Below the pieces are notes generated by a model. The model searched no databases, was not told the origin of the DNA, and was given only the letters and a program-made list of their open reading frames with translations. Below, piece by piece: positions 63,248 through 64,000 of a DNA stretch of 64,000 nt (positions within the stretch are counted from its first letter, which is position 1; each line of letters begins with the position of its first letter). The translations under genes and the position numbers were made by a program. Source of the stretch: Eubacteriales bacterium (lineage in GTDB: Bacteria; Bacillota; Clostridia; Oscillospirales; SIG627); assembly GCA_045543495.1 (NCBI GenBank), contig JAZQMO010000015.1, positions 74,796 through 138,795 of the forward strand, read 5' to 3'.

Positions 63248-64000
63248 ATGATCTGCACAATCTTTTTCCAAAGAAGAAAGAATACACGCCCCATAAGTAA
63301 GCACCGATACGAAATTCGGTTATCAAGACCAATGATCAAAGAACAGGCATCCCGATCGTGATAAAACAGAACCTTATGGCGCAGCTTTTTCCAGGAATCA
63401 CGGTCCAAGCAGTCGGTTGCATAGCGCTTATTGGCAATAGAAAGAAGAGCAAACAAAACGGTTTTCTTCCCATAGGAAACATACTGCGGAAAATGGGTCT
63501 GCATCAGAGAAAGCATTTCTTCGGCGGCAACGAGAGCCGTATCATAGCGGGGAGAATAGGAACTGTTGATGGCAGAGGTGGGATGCATCAAATAGTGATA
63601 GGTATATTTCCCCTGTGAAACAATCTTCTCAGAATGTAATATCGCCTGCCAGAGAAAGAGCATATCCTCGTGAATGGCAATATCGGGGTCAAAGCGAACG
63701 CTTCGGATCACACCAATGGAAAACAGTTTATTCATCAAATAACCGTTGAAAGCTTCGTCCTCCGAATGCATCATTCTTACCGCCTCAGCAGAGGTAAGGA
63801 CTTGTATTGAATCGGAACAATAAATCTCCCGGTGCTCGGTATCGTTGAAATAAAAATACATACGGTTGGATACAATGTCTGCATTTTCTTTTATAGCCGT
63901 ATGAACCATAGTCTCAATATGATCCGACTCCAAGGTATCGTCACTGTCTAAAAAAGTTACATACTCCCCCGAAGCTTCCTCCAAGGCAAGGTTTCTCGCA
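63238..64000 (-). CDS. Family 2 glycosyltransferase (partial; N-terminus beyond the window)
   Basis: The frame stays open to the window edge. It reads ...ARNLALEEASGEYVTFLDSDD, the GT2 DxD region. The ORF-track 'M' at 63984 is an internal TTG. Confidence 0.75.
   Translation of the reverse strand, partial: ARNLALEEASGEYVTFLDSDDTLESDHIETMVHTAIKENADIVSNRMYFYFNDTEHREIYCSDSIQVLTSAEAVRMMHSEDEAFNGYLMNKLFSIGVIRSVRFDPDIAIHEDMLFLWQAILHSEKIVSQGKYTYHYLMHPTSAINSSYSPRYDTALVAAEEMLSLMQTHFPQYVSYGKKTVLFALLSIANKRYATDCLDRDSWKKLRHKVLFYHDRDACSLIIGLDNRISYRCLLMGRVFFLLWKKIVQIIKK

Overview
This is a chromosomal window from a Clostridia-type Firmicute, judged from near-consensus TTGACA/TATAAT promoters, T-box and riboswitch leaders, and overall gene content. 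The taxon is inference only. No mobile elements, CRISPR arrays, rRNA or tRNA genes were seen. Most of the window is core biosynthesis on the minus strand.

Gene blocks in coordinate order:
- 59-7775: a complete his operon, hisZ-G-D-C-B-H-A-F-IE, led by a YerC/TrpR-like regulator gene.
- 7.9-21.7 kb: the unusual block described below.
- 21.7-34.1 kb: a pur operon (purE-F-M-N-purO-purH(AICARFT)-purD-purL-fhs) behind a ZTP riboswitch.
- 34.2-44.2 kb: a pyr operon (pyrC-carB-pyrK-D-F-E-B) running directly into guaB.
- 44.4-50.2 kb: radC, a CapA-like gene, tcdA, an ABC-F ATPase gene and DUF4830-like genes.
- 50.2-53.0 kb: a P-type Ca2+/cation ATPase gene behind a structured leader.
- 53.1-60.2 kb: the origin-proximal cluster rsmG-mnmG-mnmE-jag-yidC-yidD-rnpA-rpmH.
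- 60.3-64.0 kb: coaW, a frameshifted radical-SAM gene, ddh, and a partial GT2 glycosyltransferase gene.

The most interesting region is 7.9-21.7 kb, a co-directional array with no terminators other than its own T-boxes. It contains three T-box leaders, each behind its own promoter. Read by eye, their specifier codons are AUC (Ile), GUA (Val) and CUC (Leu). The genes they gate are:
- two paralogous HTH(XRE)-cupin-acyl-CoA-synthetase fusion proteins;
- ilvE;
- a P-loop NTPase;
- a four-subunit 2-oxoacid:ferredoxin oxidoreductase;
- a catalytically degenerate isopropylmalate-synthase-like protein that keeps its C-terminal LeuA regulatory domain;
- a fusion of a xylose-isomerase-like TIM barrel with an acyl-CoA ligase.

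I interpret this as a candidate regulon for making Ile, Val and Leu by activation and reductive carboxylation of branched-chain volatile fatty acids. This is a hypothesis, and the regulatory and fusion components look undescribed.

Other notable items:
- a PurF homolog lacking the N-terminal Cys nucleophile;
- a PyrB fused to only the Zn domain of PyrI;
- carB without an adjacent carA;
- a T8 homopolymer frameshift in the radical-SAM gene.
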